Virus record (IMG/VR): IMGVR_UViG_3300033402_000312
DNA length: 64,000 nt
Strand: one strand, 5' to 3'
From: a virus
In this document: one piece after another, positions 8,341 to 17,212 of the stretch
How positions within the stretch are numbered: position 1 is the stretch's first letter
Layout: each line of letters opens with the position of its first letter
The notes under the pieces: model-generated
Told to the model about the DNA's origin: nothing
Databases searched by the model: none
Seen by the model: only the letters and a program-made list of their open reading frames with translations
Made by a program: the position numbers and the translations under genes

Positions 8341-9146
8341 ACCCGCATTTTCTATTTCCGATGTCGCTTCACCCGCACATAATCGATGAAGCATTCGAAG
8401 ACCAAGCCGTTGCCCTCAAGCAGAAAGGCTTCGAGACGTCCGTCATCGACATCGACGACGGATGCATCACTCCGAAACCGAAGCCGGATGCGACCTGCGT
8501 GTACCGGGGCTGGATGATGAACCCCGAGGAATACATGCACTACACCGCAACGGTCGTCTTGAACAAGGCGACGCCGCTCACGTACATCGACCAATATCTT
8601 GCGGCGCACCACCTGCCGAACTGGTACCCGCTGCTCTCGCGGTGGACGCCGAACACAGAGGTTTTTCCGGTGTTCGAAGACAATCTTCGCACCGCGTCTG
8701 TCCCTTTGGAGGATTTCGTGCGCTCCCATATGTTGGGGCTGGGCTGGTCAAAGTTCCAGCTTAAGGACTATGTCAAGAGCCTCAAGACGGCAGGCGGCTC
8801 CGTGATCACCGCGCCGGAGGAGATCATCCCCACGCTGGAAAACATGGAAAAATACCGTGGAACCATCGAGGGGGGCGTCTGCGTCCGGCAATGGGAAAGC
8901 TTCATCCCAGGCAGCGAGACGCGCTACTTCGTGGTCAACGGCCGCTACTTCGGGCAGAACGCCGCCTTCGACACCCGGGCCATGCGCATCTTGGAAGCAA
9001 TCAAGGATTTGATACCCAGCCCGTTCTGGTCTGTGGACATCGCCCAGCGCACGGATGGGGAATTCCGCATCGTCGAGATCGGCGACGGACAGGTCAGCGA
9101 CCTGGTCGGGTGGACACCCGGAAGGTTCGCGGAGATTTGGCAATGA
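8337..9146 (+). CDS. ATP-grasp fold protein
   Basis: ATGA overlap at the start. RYFVVNGRYFG and FWSVDIAQRTDGEFRIVEIGDGQVSD resemble ATP-grasp C-terminal motifs. Confidence 0.55.
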   Translation: MNPHFLFPMSLHPHIIDEAFEDQAVALKQKGFETSVIDIDDGCITPKPKPDATCVYRGWMMNPEEYMHYTATVVLNKATPLTYIDQYLAAHHLPNWYPLLSRWTPNTEVFPVFEDNLRTASVPLEDFVRSHMLGLGWSKFQLKDYVKSLKTAGGSVITAPEEIIPTLENMEKYRGTIEGGVCVRQWESFIPGSETRYFVVNGRYFGQNAAFDTRAMRILEAIKDLIPSPFWSVDIAQRTDGEFRIVEIGDGQVSDLVGWTPGRFAEIWQ

Positions 9147-9448
9147 AAAAGAAAGCAAAGCGCCCCGACTACAAGGCGATGTTCAAGTGCGACACAGTCC
9201 GCATCGCGGAATTCCCCGGCAGGATGTTCCTCATCATCGGCTGGAAGCGAAACAGCAGTGGTGAATGGTTCAGGCTCAAGGACGGCGAGTATGAGCCTTT
9301 TGACTTCGACTACGTAGACGAGCAGGTCGTGGCTTCCGGGCGAAACGCAAAGGAACTCCTCAAGTCCGCTGAAGAACACAGGCGGGTTTCCAAGCTGACG
9401 CCGGAACAATACCTGCGGGAACTGGTCAAGAAGGGGAAGCATGGTTAA
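9143..9448 (+). CDS. hypothetical protein
   Basis: ATGA overlap with the previous stop. Confidence 0.5.
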   Translation: MKKKAKRPDYKAMFKCDTVRIAEFPGRMFLIIGWKRNSSGEWFRLKDGEYEPFDFDYVDEQVVASGRNAKELLKSAEEHRRVSKLTPEQYLRELVKKGKHG

Positions 9449-9905
9449 GAGACCCAGCATCGGAATAGGGGTGCTGCTCGTCCGCGACAAGAAAATTCTC
9501 TTGTCCATGAGGCGGAAGAAGTACGGCTACGGCACGCTGGCGCTGCCGGGCGGTCACGTCGAATGGATGGAAAATTTGAGGGACACCGCCGTGCGCGAAG
9601 TCCTCGAAGAGACGGGCATCCGGCTGAGCAGGCGCAGAGTCCGCAACCTCCACGCGTACAGCGAGGAAATCCACCCGAAGCTGGGCAAGCATTACATCAC
9701 GTTCTACCTGATCGCCAAGTGCCCAAGGGGCCAAGAGCCGAGGAACATAGAGCCGCACAAGCACGGCAAATGGGGCTGGTACGACCCGTTCGACCTGCCG
9801 AGGAGCACTTGGCGACCGACCAAGCGCCTGTGCTCGTCGGAACTGACGGGCGGCAGCGGCACGCTGATCCGGGCGTACATCAACGGGGAGGGAGCCGAGC
9901 TATGA
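9441..9905 (+). CDS. Nudix hydrolase
   Basis: Nudix box LPGGHVEWMENLRDTAVREVLEETG (Gx5Ex7REUxEExGU). Confidence 0.85.
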   Translation: MVKRPSIGIGVLLVRDKKILLSMRRKKYGYGTLALPGGHVEWMENLRDTAVREVLEETGIRLSRRRVRNLHAYSEEIHPKLGKHYITFYLIAKCPRGQEPRNIEPHKHGKWGWYDPFDLPRSTWRPTKRLCSSELTGGSGTLIRAYINGEGAEL

Positions 9906-10411
9906 GCACGGAGATGACCAACTGGAAAACGCTCTACAAGAAAGAGTCGTGGGGCAACCACAGCTTCGGCATAGAAATCCGCGCCGCCATAGATCGCCCG
10001 CTCAACGAGAACGACGAGATGGCGATGCACCGGATCGCAGACGAGATCGAGGAAGCGATCATGCGGGAAACCATGCGCCTCGACCCGGAGGCACAAAAAG
10101 CCAAGAAGGAAGAGAACACGAAGCTGATGGAATGCTTCGGCGGGGAGAACATCTATGCGCTAGAAATCCCGAACGGGTACTCCCCAAGCTGGGAGTATTC
10201 GCAAACTCCATGGTACAAGGTCACGACGCGCAAAGGCGTCGTCGAGATTGGCTGGCGCAAGCGCGTGATCGAGATAAGCTGGGAGCCGTCAGTGAACAGC
10301 GAAGCCTACGACCTTTTCCCCGATGAGGATGTCACCAGAATGGGGCGCACGATCCACGCTTGGGGATACGACAAGGCGAAGGCGTACATCTCGCGGCTTC
10401 TGGCACCGTAA
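9902..10411 (+). CDS. hypothetical protein
   Basis: ATGA overlap with the Nudix stop. The N-terminal 339 nt of the listed 9563 ORF overlap the Nudix gene and are probably not translated. Confidence 0.55.
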   Translation: MSTEMTNWKTLYKKESWGNHSFGIEIRAAIDRPLNENDEMAMHRIADEIEEAIMRETMRLDPEAQKAKKEENTKLMECFGGENIYALEIPNGYSPSWEYSQTPWYKVTTRKGVVEIGWRKRVIEISWEPSVNSEAYDLFPDEDVTRMGRTIHAWGYDKAKAYISRLLAP

Positions 10412-10452
10412 AAGACTGAAAACACAGGCATTATTTCCAGACAAAACCGCCT

Positions 10453-10482
10453 CCCCCGTTGTATACTGAAGGCGGAGGGAAC
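10453..10482 (+). promoter_or_regulatory. second copy of the CCCCC...TGTATACT...GGAGGG cassette
   Basis: TGTATACT at 10460-10467. GGAGGG at 10474-10479. GTG at 10483. Confidence 0.55.
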
Positions 10483-11367
10483 GTGATCTACGCCGAACTG
10501 CTGCGCAACGCCTGCGACATGTGCTCCGGGGCGCAGTGCGCCCACGCCAACGCCCTCGTCCAGCGCCTCCTGCTCGACAACGGCTACGGCTGGCAGGAAA
10601 AGTACAACGGCGACCGCCGCGTCGTCGAAAAGACCACCGCGCCTAACGGCACCGTCCGAATCGTGGACTACAACCGCAGGGGCGACCGTGGCAAGGGCTT
10701 GTCGCCGGAGATCATCGCCGCCCTCAAAAAGCACCCCCTCTACCAGTTTGTCATCGACTGCGAGTTCGTCGGCAAGGGCATCCACGAATCAAAGCTGCAC
10801 GTATTCGACACGCTCCATCTTGGCGACCACAACGTCGTAAACGAAAAGTACCGCACGCGGCTGGACTACTTGCATGCGGCGCTTGACGGGTTCCACCCGC
10901 TGGTCGCCCCGGCTTACACGGCGTTCACCCCCGAGGAAAAGCTGGCGCTGTACGAGCGGCTCCAAGCGGAATTCGCCGAGGGCTTTGTGATGAAAGACCT
11001 GAATGCTCGGTACCGCGAGAGCAACAGGCAAGGCACGGCGCGGTGGAACTACAAATACAAGTTCGTCAAGACGCTCGACGCGGTCGTGATCGGCAACTCG
11101 ACAGAGCGCGACCCCAAAGGCGTACTCAGGAACAGCGTGCGCCTCGGGCTGTACATGCCGAACGGGATGCTGAAAGACATCTGCGGCGCGACGAAGAAGT
11201 CCTCGTTCGTGCTCAAGCCGGGCGACGTGGTCGAACTGGCGTACCTGTGCGGCACGATTTCCTTGGACGTGGTCGAGCCGCGCATCCTGCGGCCCCGCGA
11301 CGACAAGCGGCGACAGGACTGCACGATAGACCAAATCATCGTCAACAAGAACTGGAGAAAATCATGA
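10483..11367 (+). CDS. ATP-dependent DNA ligase (small phage type)
   Basis: Motif I KYNGDR, motif III FVIDCEFV, motif IV EGFVMKD, motif V KFVK. GTG start after GGAGGG is preferred over the listed TTG at 10459. Confidence 0.8.
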   Translation: MIYAELLRNACDMCSGAQCAHANALVQRLLLDNGYGWQEKYNGDRRVVEKTTAPNGTVRIVDYNRRGDRGKGLSPEIIAALKKHPLYQFVIDCEFVGKGIHESKLHVFDTLHLGDHNVVNEKYRTRLDYLHAALDGFHPLVAPAYTAFTPEEKLALYERLQAEFAEGFVMKDLNARYRESNRQGTARWNYKYKFVKTLDAVVIGNSTERDPKGVLRNSVRLGLYMPNGMLKDICGATKKSSFVLKPGDVVELAYLCGTISLDVVEPRILRPRDDKRRQDCTIDQIIVNKNWRKS

Positions 11368-11705
11368 GCTACCAAGAGCAGATTGACGCGAAGCTGGCGG
11401 AAGCCGAGAAGATCATCGGCACGCCCCTGACGGAGCGCGAGCGGAGGGAATTCCATTCCTACACGGTCGGAGCCATTGTCGGCATTAAGCTGATTCGCTC
11501 AATAGACTCCGAAGCGCTGAAAGCCGCGTTGACCGACCCGGCAAAGGGCGAGGCATTGCGCCAGCAAATAGGCGTGGGCACAAACCCCTTGTGGGTGGTC
11601 AGCATCACCGCCGAGACGCTGTACATGCGGCACGAGATCGACGGAGCCAAGCTGGACTACCTGATGGCACACGGCAACCTGGGCGAAGTCAAGATCGAGC
11701 TATGA
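11364..11705 (+). CDS. hypothetical protein
   Basis: ATGA overlap with the ligase stop. Confidence 0.5.
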   Translation: MSYQEQIDAKLAEAEKIIGTPLTERERREFHSYTVGAIVGIKLIRSIDSEALKAALTDPAKGEALRQQIGVGTNPLWVVSITAETLYMRHEIDGAKLDYLMAHGNLGEVKIEL

Positions 11706-11881
11706 TAACCTGCGACAAGTGCGGCGCTGTCTGCCGGGAGAAGAAGGACGAAAAAAGGTTCCAGCGACGGCACCCCGAGAAGTGCGTCCGCCATGAGGAG
11801 TTCCACAAGGCACTGGCGGAAGGCACAGCGAGCGTGGACTACGACGAAGCCGTTGGGATAAAAGAGGAAGACCAGCAATGA
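11702..11881 (+). CDS. small zinc-ribbon protein
   Basis: ATGA overlap. CDKCGAVC motif. Confidence 0.45.
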   Translation: MITCDKCGAVCREKKDEKRFQRRHPEKCVRHEEFHKALAEGTASVDYDEAVGIKEEDQQ

Positions 11882-12174
11882 GCGAACCACTAACGAACCA
11901 ACCATTGACCGAATTTCAGACGCCTCCAGCGACCTTCGGCGACGGCTGGCTGACAAAGTCCGCCCAAGACCTGTGCAAGGCCGCCATCGCGTTCGGCGGC
12001 TTCGAACCGGCGGAGGTCGTGCTGGCTGTCGCCAGAGTTCAGGGGAAGCGGGACGCCAAGGCGAGCCTTGCAACCGTGGAAAAAGCGCTCCAAATGATCT
12101 ACGAAGCGCATGAGACGCCAGAAGAAAAGGCGGCACGCGATGCCGCTTTGAAAGCGAGGATTCTTGGCTCGTAA
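11878..12174 (+). CDS. hypothetical protein
   Basis: ATGA overlap with the previous stop. Confidence 0.5.
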   Translation: MSEPLTNQPLTEFQTPPATFGDGWLTKSAQDLCKAAIAFGGFEPAEVVLAVARVQGKRDAKASLATVEKALQMIYEAHETPEEKAARDAALKARILGS

Positions 12175-12430
12175 GCTGCGCATCTGGAACGGCAGGGGCG
12201 ACTACCGGGAATTTCCCGGTCGCTTCTACGTGTGCGCTCCGACAAAGAAGATGGCGGTCGAACTGCTCAAGCAGGCGGGCCACGACTGCATCAACATGCG
12301 CGAGTTCACTACGTACTACGCCGAGGCTTGGGGCGTCTATATGAAAGACGTGACGCCCGAAACCGGCGTATGGTACGATGAAAAAGGCCCCGGCGGATTC
12401 GACGCAGGGAAACCAAAGAGGTTGCTATGA
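12164..12430 (+). CDS. hypothetical protein
   Basis: ORF overlaps its upstream neighbour by 11 nt. Confidence 0.5.
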   Translation: MARKLRIWNGRGDYREFPGRFYVCAPTKKMAVELLKQAGHDCINMREFTTYYAEAWGVYMKDVTPETGVWYDEKGPGGFDAGKPKRLL

Positions 12431-12633
12431 CCGACTTCAAGATCGGCAGCAAGGTGCGGTGCCTGCACAATCCGCCTGCGCGGCCCGAGGATTCGATAGA
12501 GTTTCAGATCGCCGAGATCAAGCAGGGCGACGGCGTCTTTACCCAATCGGGCATCGTTTACGCCTGCGGGCCCTCGCTGCACACAACGGTTAAGATTTGC
12601 TGGCCGATAGATCGGGTCGAGTTGATCGGATGA
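12427..12633 (+). CDS. hypothetical protein
   Basis: ATGA overlap with the previous stop. Confidence 0.45.
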   Translation: MTDFKIGSKVRCLHNPPARPEDSIEFQIAEIKQGDGVFTQSGIVYACGPSLHTTVKICWPIDRVELIG

Positions 12634-12646
12634 AAGGGGATACACA

Positions 12647-13357
12647 ATGGGCAACAAGGGTCTGAGCGAAGAGACGACCGAGAAGCACGAGAGCTACGGC
12701 ATGGTGGGCATCAACCGCACCACCAGCAGCGGCACCTACTTGTTCGGCTCGCTGGCGAGGCACCACAGCTTCATCACGCTTTCGGTGAAACGCGCCTCGC
12801 GCACCCGGCATCTGGCGGACGACTGGTACCACGCGGAAAGCCGCGACCTGATCGAGATCGAAATGACCCACACGCAGTTCGGGGAGCTTATCACCAGCCC
12901 CGGCATGGGCGACGGCGTGCCCTGCACCATCCGCAACTTCAACGGCGAATCGATGAAAGATTGCCCGGAGCCGGAGGGCATGACCAGCAAATTCTCGGAG
13001 GACTTGAAAAAGACCACCCAAGAGACCGTGGCGGAACTGGTCGCGCTCCGCAACCAGCTTAACGAATCCCTGCTGCCGGGAAACAAGCCCCTCGGCAAAA
13101 GGGAGCAACGTGAACTGCTGGAGAAGATCAACAGCGTCCTCGCAGACATCGAGAACGGCATCCCGTTCATCGAGAAAAGCTTCGGCGAGGAGTTGGAGCA
13201 GCAGCAGAACAGAGCCGTCGGCGAACTGGAAGCGGTCGCCTCCCACCTCATCCACAAGACGGGGCTTAACGCGCTGGCGAGAGCCAATGCCGAAAACATG
13301 CTGCCGGAATTCCCGAAGCCGCAAGCCCAGCTTCCTCCGGCAAAGGGCAAAAAATGA
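12647..13357 (+). CDS. hypothetical protein
   Basis: 236-aa ORF with balanced amino-acid composition. Confidence 0.55.
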   Translation: MGNKGLSEETTEKHESYGMVGINRTTSSGTYLFGSLARHHSFITLSVKRASRTRHLADDWYHAESRDLIEIEMTHTQFGELITSPGMGDGVPCTIRNFNGESMKDCPEPEGMTSKFSEDLKKTTQETVAELVALRNQLNESLLPGNKPLGKREQRELLEKINSVLADIENGIPFIEKSFGEELEQQQNRAVGELEAVASHLIHKTGLNALARANAENMLPEFPKPQAQLPPAKGKK

Positions 13358-13785
13358 CAAGGAAGCCCAAGAAGCCCAAAACCGACGCCGAACTGATCGA
13401 CGCCTTTGCGCACGGCATCGAGGAGCGCAGCTACGCCTCGGTAGCCGCGCAAAGCCAGCGGTTCGTGGTGTTCAAGATCAAGGGGCACTCTGCGTGGGCT
13501 GCCAGAGGCGTGCAGGAGTACGCTAAGACGCAGTACATCCTCATCCGCAAAGGCGATTGGTGGATGTCCGGCAAGCCCACGCGCAAGTGGGAGGGGCGCG
13601 TCTCCCCGCAGACCCTCAAGGAAGCCCTGCGCCGGAGCGAGCTATTCGGCAAGGTCTACGACGGCGACTTCCCGCCCATGTGCTCGGAGTGCGACATCGA
13701 GATGAGCTACGGCTCGGGCTACGAAGGCGACAAGCTGGTGGAATACTATCGCTGCGACCAATGCGGATGGAGCATAGATGCCTGA
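13354..13785 (+). CDS. hypothetical protein with C-terminal zinc ribbon
   Basis: ATGA overlap. CSECD...CDQCGW motif. Confidence 0.55.
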   Translation: MTRKPKKPKTDAELIDAFAHGIEERSYASVAAQSQRFVVFKIKGHSAWAARGVQEYAKTQYILIRKGDWWMSGKPTRKWEGRVSPQTLKEALRRSELFGKVYDGDFPPMCSECDIEMSYGSGYEGDKLVEYYRCDQCGWSIDA

Positions 13786-13948
13786 CGAGCGCGACTTGCC
13801 GACGATCAAACAGATCGGATTCGCGGCTGACAGCATCGCTGACGAGCCGATGTCCGATGAAGAAGCCGAGAAGTGGTTCGAACGCACAGTGGCGCGGAAC
13901 CGCGAGAGAAGGATCAAACGTGAACAAATAGGAGGGAGCGATGGGTGA
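13778..13948 (+). CDS. small acidic protein (56 aa), tentative
   Basis: Overlaps both neighbours (ATG...TGA and ATGGGTGA). Confidence 0.3.
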   Translation: MPDERDLPTIKQIGFAADSIADEPMSDEEAEKWFERTVARNRERRIKREQIGGSDG

Positions 13949-14492
13949 CGAACGACCTTTATGGTGGGGGGCATTCCATCATATTTGGACATGGGCTGTT
14001 GGGAAGCCTGAGTACACGAAAAAGGATTGGCAACAGTTAGAGGCTGAGATTCAGGCCGACCTCGACGCCCGCGTGGCTGCTGCGCTGGCGATGGCGGGTG
14101 AGCATCACCAAGAGTGGGAAGGCATTCGCCTAATTTGTAACTGCGGATGGAAAGCAGATATGAATAATCCAACGAGATTCAAAGACCAATGGCGTGGTCA
14201 CATCCAATCGCTCGTGCCCGCTGCGGCCGAGCACAATAATCTGCTGGTTGCGGGAGCGTACGTGGATTGCGCTACCGAGCTAGAAGACCTAAACAATGCC
14301 GCGCTCGCCGGGATCGCGCAGGCTTTGCGTAAGAAGACCCCCGCCAACGCCCAAGCCGCGCTGGAGAACGACAGACAGAAGGCTGTCCGAGAGTACCTGA
14401 AACGGATGAAAGATGAATGGCTACACGGCAACGAAACGTGGGCCGTCCTGAAATTCTTTGACGATCACATCAACGCTCTCGCTGGAAAATAA
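13941..14492 (+). CDS. hypothetical protein
   Basis: 183-aa ORF. Coding-like. Confidence 0.55.
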   Translation: MGDERPLWWGAFHHIWTWAVGKPEYTKKDWQQLEAEIQADLDARVAAALAMAGEHHQEWEGIRLICNCGWKADMNNPTRFKDQWRGHIQSLVPAAAEHNNLLVAGAYVDCATELEDLNNAALAGIAQALRKKTPANAQAALENDRQKAVREYLKRMKDEWLHGNETWAVLKFFDDHINALAGK

Positions 14493-14493
14493 A

Positions 14494-14961
14494 ATGCCAA
14501 AAGAAGACCCCAACTGGAAGCTGTCCAGCACGGCGAAAGCCGAAATCCTAGCCGGGACGATTCATGTGCTCGCCAGCCACATGCCCAAGGTCTGGAAAAA
14601 AGTCCCGGCATGGCTCCGGGCGCAGATTCGCCAAGCGATGCTTGATTGCAGCGTCGAGCATAAAGACCTGACATCACAAGACCGCAACACGTGCTTGAAG
14701 TACGCGACGTGGCTCGCCGGGAAGCACCCGCAGCCCGGCTTGGCTTTGACGGCGTCGCTGAAGAAGCGGAAGCCGTTGCCGAAAAAGCCACGGTACCTGC
14801 ACTTCGCTTTCATTGACAAAGAACCTGACGGCGTAGGGCAGTACGGCTGCGCATGGGGCACAAGCCTCGCCGATGTGCAGAAAAACAGTGATTTGAGTGA
14901 GATCGGGGACTTGGTGAGGATGCCCCAAAGGGACTGCAAGCTCTGCAAGGAAAACGAATGA
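14494..14961 (+). CDS. hypothetical protein
   Basis: Internal Met lies immediately after the previous stop. Confidence 0.5.
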   Translation: MPKEDPNWKLSSTAKAEILAGTIHVLASHMPKVWKKVPAWLRAQIRQAMLDCSVEHKDLTSQDRNTCLKYATWLAGKHPQPGLALTASLKKRKPLPKKPRYLHFAFIDKEPDGVGQYGCAWGTSLADVQKNSDLSEIGDLVRMPQRDCKLCKENE

Positions 14962-14962
14962 C

Positions 14963-15973
14963 ATGTCGGAACTGCTCAGCCGCGACCAGTTCCGCGAAGC
15001 CGTCTTCGCCAGAGACGGGCACAAATGCGTCCATTGCGGCAAGCCCGGCGTCGATGCGCACCATATCATCGAGCGCAGGCTGTTCCCGAACGGCGGCTAT
15101 TACCTCAACAACGGGGTGACGCTCTGTGCCGACTGCCATCTCGCAGCAGAAGCCACGCTGATCGACTGCTATCAGCTTAGAACGGACGCGGCTATCCTGG
15201 AGGTTGTCCTCCCAGAACACTTTTTCCCTGACGGCGTATACGACAAGTGGGGCGACCAAATCGCCGAAAACGGCATGCGCATGAAGGGCGAGCTTTTCGA
15301 GGAGGAGCCTGTCCAGAAGGTGCTCGCCCCGGTCATGCACTTGTTTACCGACCGGATCAAGTACCCGCGAACAATGCACCTGCCGTTCAGTCCCGGCTTG
15401 CAAAATGATGACCGTGTGCTAGCGAACGGCACAGCAGATTGGGAAGGCACGGAGGTTGTTATCACCGAGAAGCTCGACGGAGAAGGGACCACGATGTACA
15501 AAGACTATCTTCACGCCCGGTCGCTGGAGTTCGAGGCGCATCCGTCACGGGAGCATATCAAAGCTATTCACGCCCAGATTGCTTACGAAATTCCAGAAGG
15601 GTTTAGAATTTGTGGTGAAAACATGACAGCCAAGCATTCTATTAAATATACAGGGCTGCCATCGTACTTCAGGGTCTTCAACATCTGGAACAGGCTCACA
15701 TGCTTGTCTTGGGAAGAGACAAACGAGTGGTGTGCTTTGCTTAATCTTTGGACGGTGCCTGTGCTATACCAAGGCAAATACAGCGACGGGCTGTGCCAAG
15801 AGCTTTGTAGCAAACTTGACCCAGAGACACAAGAAGGTCTTGTGGTTCGTCCGACCCGTGCTTTCCACATGCGAGAATACTCGTCTGTCGTTGGTAAGTA
15901 TGTTCGCAAGGGACATGTGCAGACTACCGAGCACTGGCTTAGGCAAGCCATAGAATACAATCAGCTTGGATGA
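14963..15973 (+). CDS. HNH nuclease domain fused to ATP-dependent RNA ligase (Rnl-type nucleotidyltransferase)
   Basis: N-terminus: HKCVHCG...DAHHI...NNGVTLCADCH (HNH). C-terminus: motif I KLDGE, motif IV EGLVVRP, motif V KYVRKG. Confidence 0.75.
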   Translation: MSELLSRDQFREAVFARDGHKCVHCGKPGVDAHHIIERRLFPNGGYYLNNGVTLCADCHLAAEATLIDCYQLRTDAAILEVVLPEHFFPDGVYDKWGDQIAENGMRMKGELFEEEPVQKVLAPVMHLFTDRIKYPRTMHLPFSPGLQNDDRVLANGTADWEGTEVVITEKLDGEGTTMYKDYLHARSLEFEAHPSREHIKAIHAQIAYEIPEGFRICGENMTAKHSIKYTGLPSYFRVFNIWNRLTCLSWEETNEWCALLNLWTVPVLYQGKYSDGLCQELCSKLDPETQEGLVVRPTRAFHMREYSSVVGKYVRKGHVQTTEHWLRQAIEYNQLG

Positions 15974-16013
15974 AAATGAATTTCCATCTCTTTATAGTGG
16001 AGAGGTGGAAATT

Positions 16014-16547
16014 ATGGTCTCAAATGCTTACAAACGCTACAAGGCAGCGGGATTGTGCCGACGATGCGGGAAACGTCCGTTACCGGGGAAAACAAGGTGC
16101 AAAAACTGCCATGCAGATCACCTTGCTTACACCAAAAAAGCAAAGGACGAAGCAATGGCTTCCGGGCTTTGCCGTTATTGCTGCGTGGTTCCACGGCTAC
16201 CCAACCGCAGCATGTGTTCGAAATGCTGCGAGCTTCATGCGACAAAACAGAAAAGAAACTACGATTTATGGCGTAACGCCTGCATCAAAGCTTACGGGGG
16301 ACGTTGCGTATGCTGTGGTCTCAGCAACAACAAATACCTGCAACTTGACCACAAGGAAAATGACGGCGCTGAACACAAACGGAAAATTTTTGGGCACTGT
16401 AGAGGGCGTAACATGTACCGCTGGGCTTACAAAAACAACTTCCCCGATCTCTTACAACTTCTCTGCGCGAACTGCCATCAAGCTAAAACGTTTCACGGAG
16501 AATGTACTACAGCCGATCACGCGGAGTTCAACGGATTGAAGAAATGA
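16014..16547 (+). CDS. HNH endonuclease with N-terminal zinc ribbons
   Basis: RBS GGAGAGGTGGAA then ATG at 16014. CVCCG...LQLDHKEND...LCANCH. Confidence 0.75.
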   Translation: MVSNAYKRYKAAGLCRRCGKRPLPGKTRCKNCHADHLAYTKKAKDEAMASGLCRYCCVVPRLPNRSMCSKCCELHATKQKRNYDLWRNACIKAYGGRCVCCGLSNNKYLQLDHKENDGAEHKRKIFGHCRGRNMYRWAYKNNFPDLLQLLCANCHQAKTFHGECTTADHAEFNGLKK

Positions 16548-16795
16548 AAAAGACACGGGTAAGCGAACTGGCGCACGAACTGCGCTGCAAGGCAAGGGAA
16601 ATCCTGCAAACCCTGCCGGGATTGGGCATCAAATACACGGGGGCGATCACGCACAACACGCGCCTCGAAGCAGGGGATGCGGACAAGGTGCGGAGGCATT
16701 TCGCTGCGAACCCAACCTTAAGGGAACCGAGGGTTGACCACGTCACGTTGGGTCGCGCCAAATCCATAGCGGATCAATTCGGGGAGGAAATTTGA
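16544..16795 (+). CDS. IF2 N-terminal-like or DNA-binding small protein
   Basis: ATGA overlap. KKTRVSELAHELRCKAREILQTLPGLGI resembles the IF2_N helix-hairpin. Confidence 0.4.
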   Translation: MKKTRVSELAHELRCKAREILQTLPGLGIKYTGAITHNTRLEAGDADKVRRHFAANPTLREPRVDHVTLGRAKSIADQFGEEI

Positions 16796-17133
16796 GCCGA
16801 AAGCTGGAGATTCTCTATGAAAAAATGAGCCAGCTTACGGCACCCGTGTGCGCCAAGGAATGCCGGGTACCCCACTCTTGCTGCGAGCGCATGTACTGCG
16901 AGATCGCCGACGAGTACGCCAAGGAACAAGGCGTGACTCTGGCTCGCACGGATCACCCGACATTACCGTTCATGTCGGCATCCGGCTGTACTGTCCCGCC
17001 GCATCTGCGGCCCATCTGCACTGTCCACGTCTGCTGCATCAACTCGCTTGGCTTCAAGCCCAACGACCCCGAATGGACGAAAAAGTACTTCAAGCTGCGG
17101 GAGAAAATCGCAGAGCTTGACGGGGTAAGTTAA
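16792..17133 (+). CDS. Cys-rich hypothetical protein
   Basis: ATGA overlap. Ten Cys residues. Confidence 0.5.
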   Translation: MSRKLEILYEKMSQLTAPVCAKECRVPHSCCERMYCEIADEYAKEQGVTLARTDHPTLPFMSASGCTVPPHLRPICTVHVCCINSLGFKPNDPEWTKKYFKLREKIAELDGVS

Positions 17134-17212
17134 AATCACGGTTTTCCCCATGCTCTGACCTTCTAGCCCAAGTCGGCTCGACTTTCCGTCCCTAAGATGA
17201 GGGGCGCAAGGG

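Noticed and set aside
9563-9901. 5' part of the listed 282-aa ORF.
   Set aside because: It overlaps the clear Nudix gene and is Arg/Pro-rich. The internal ATG at 9902, which overlaps the Nudix stop, was chosen instead.
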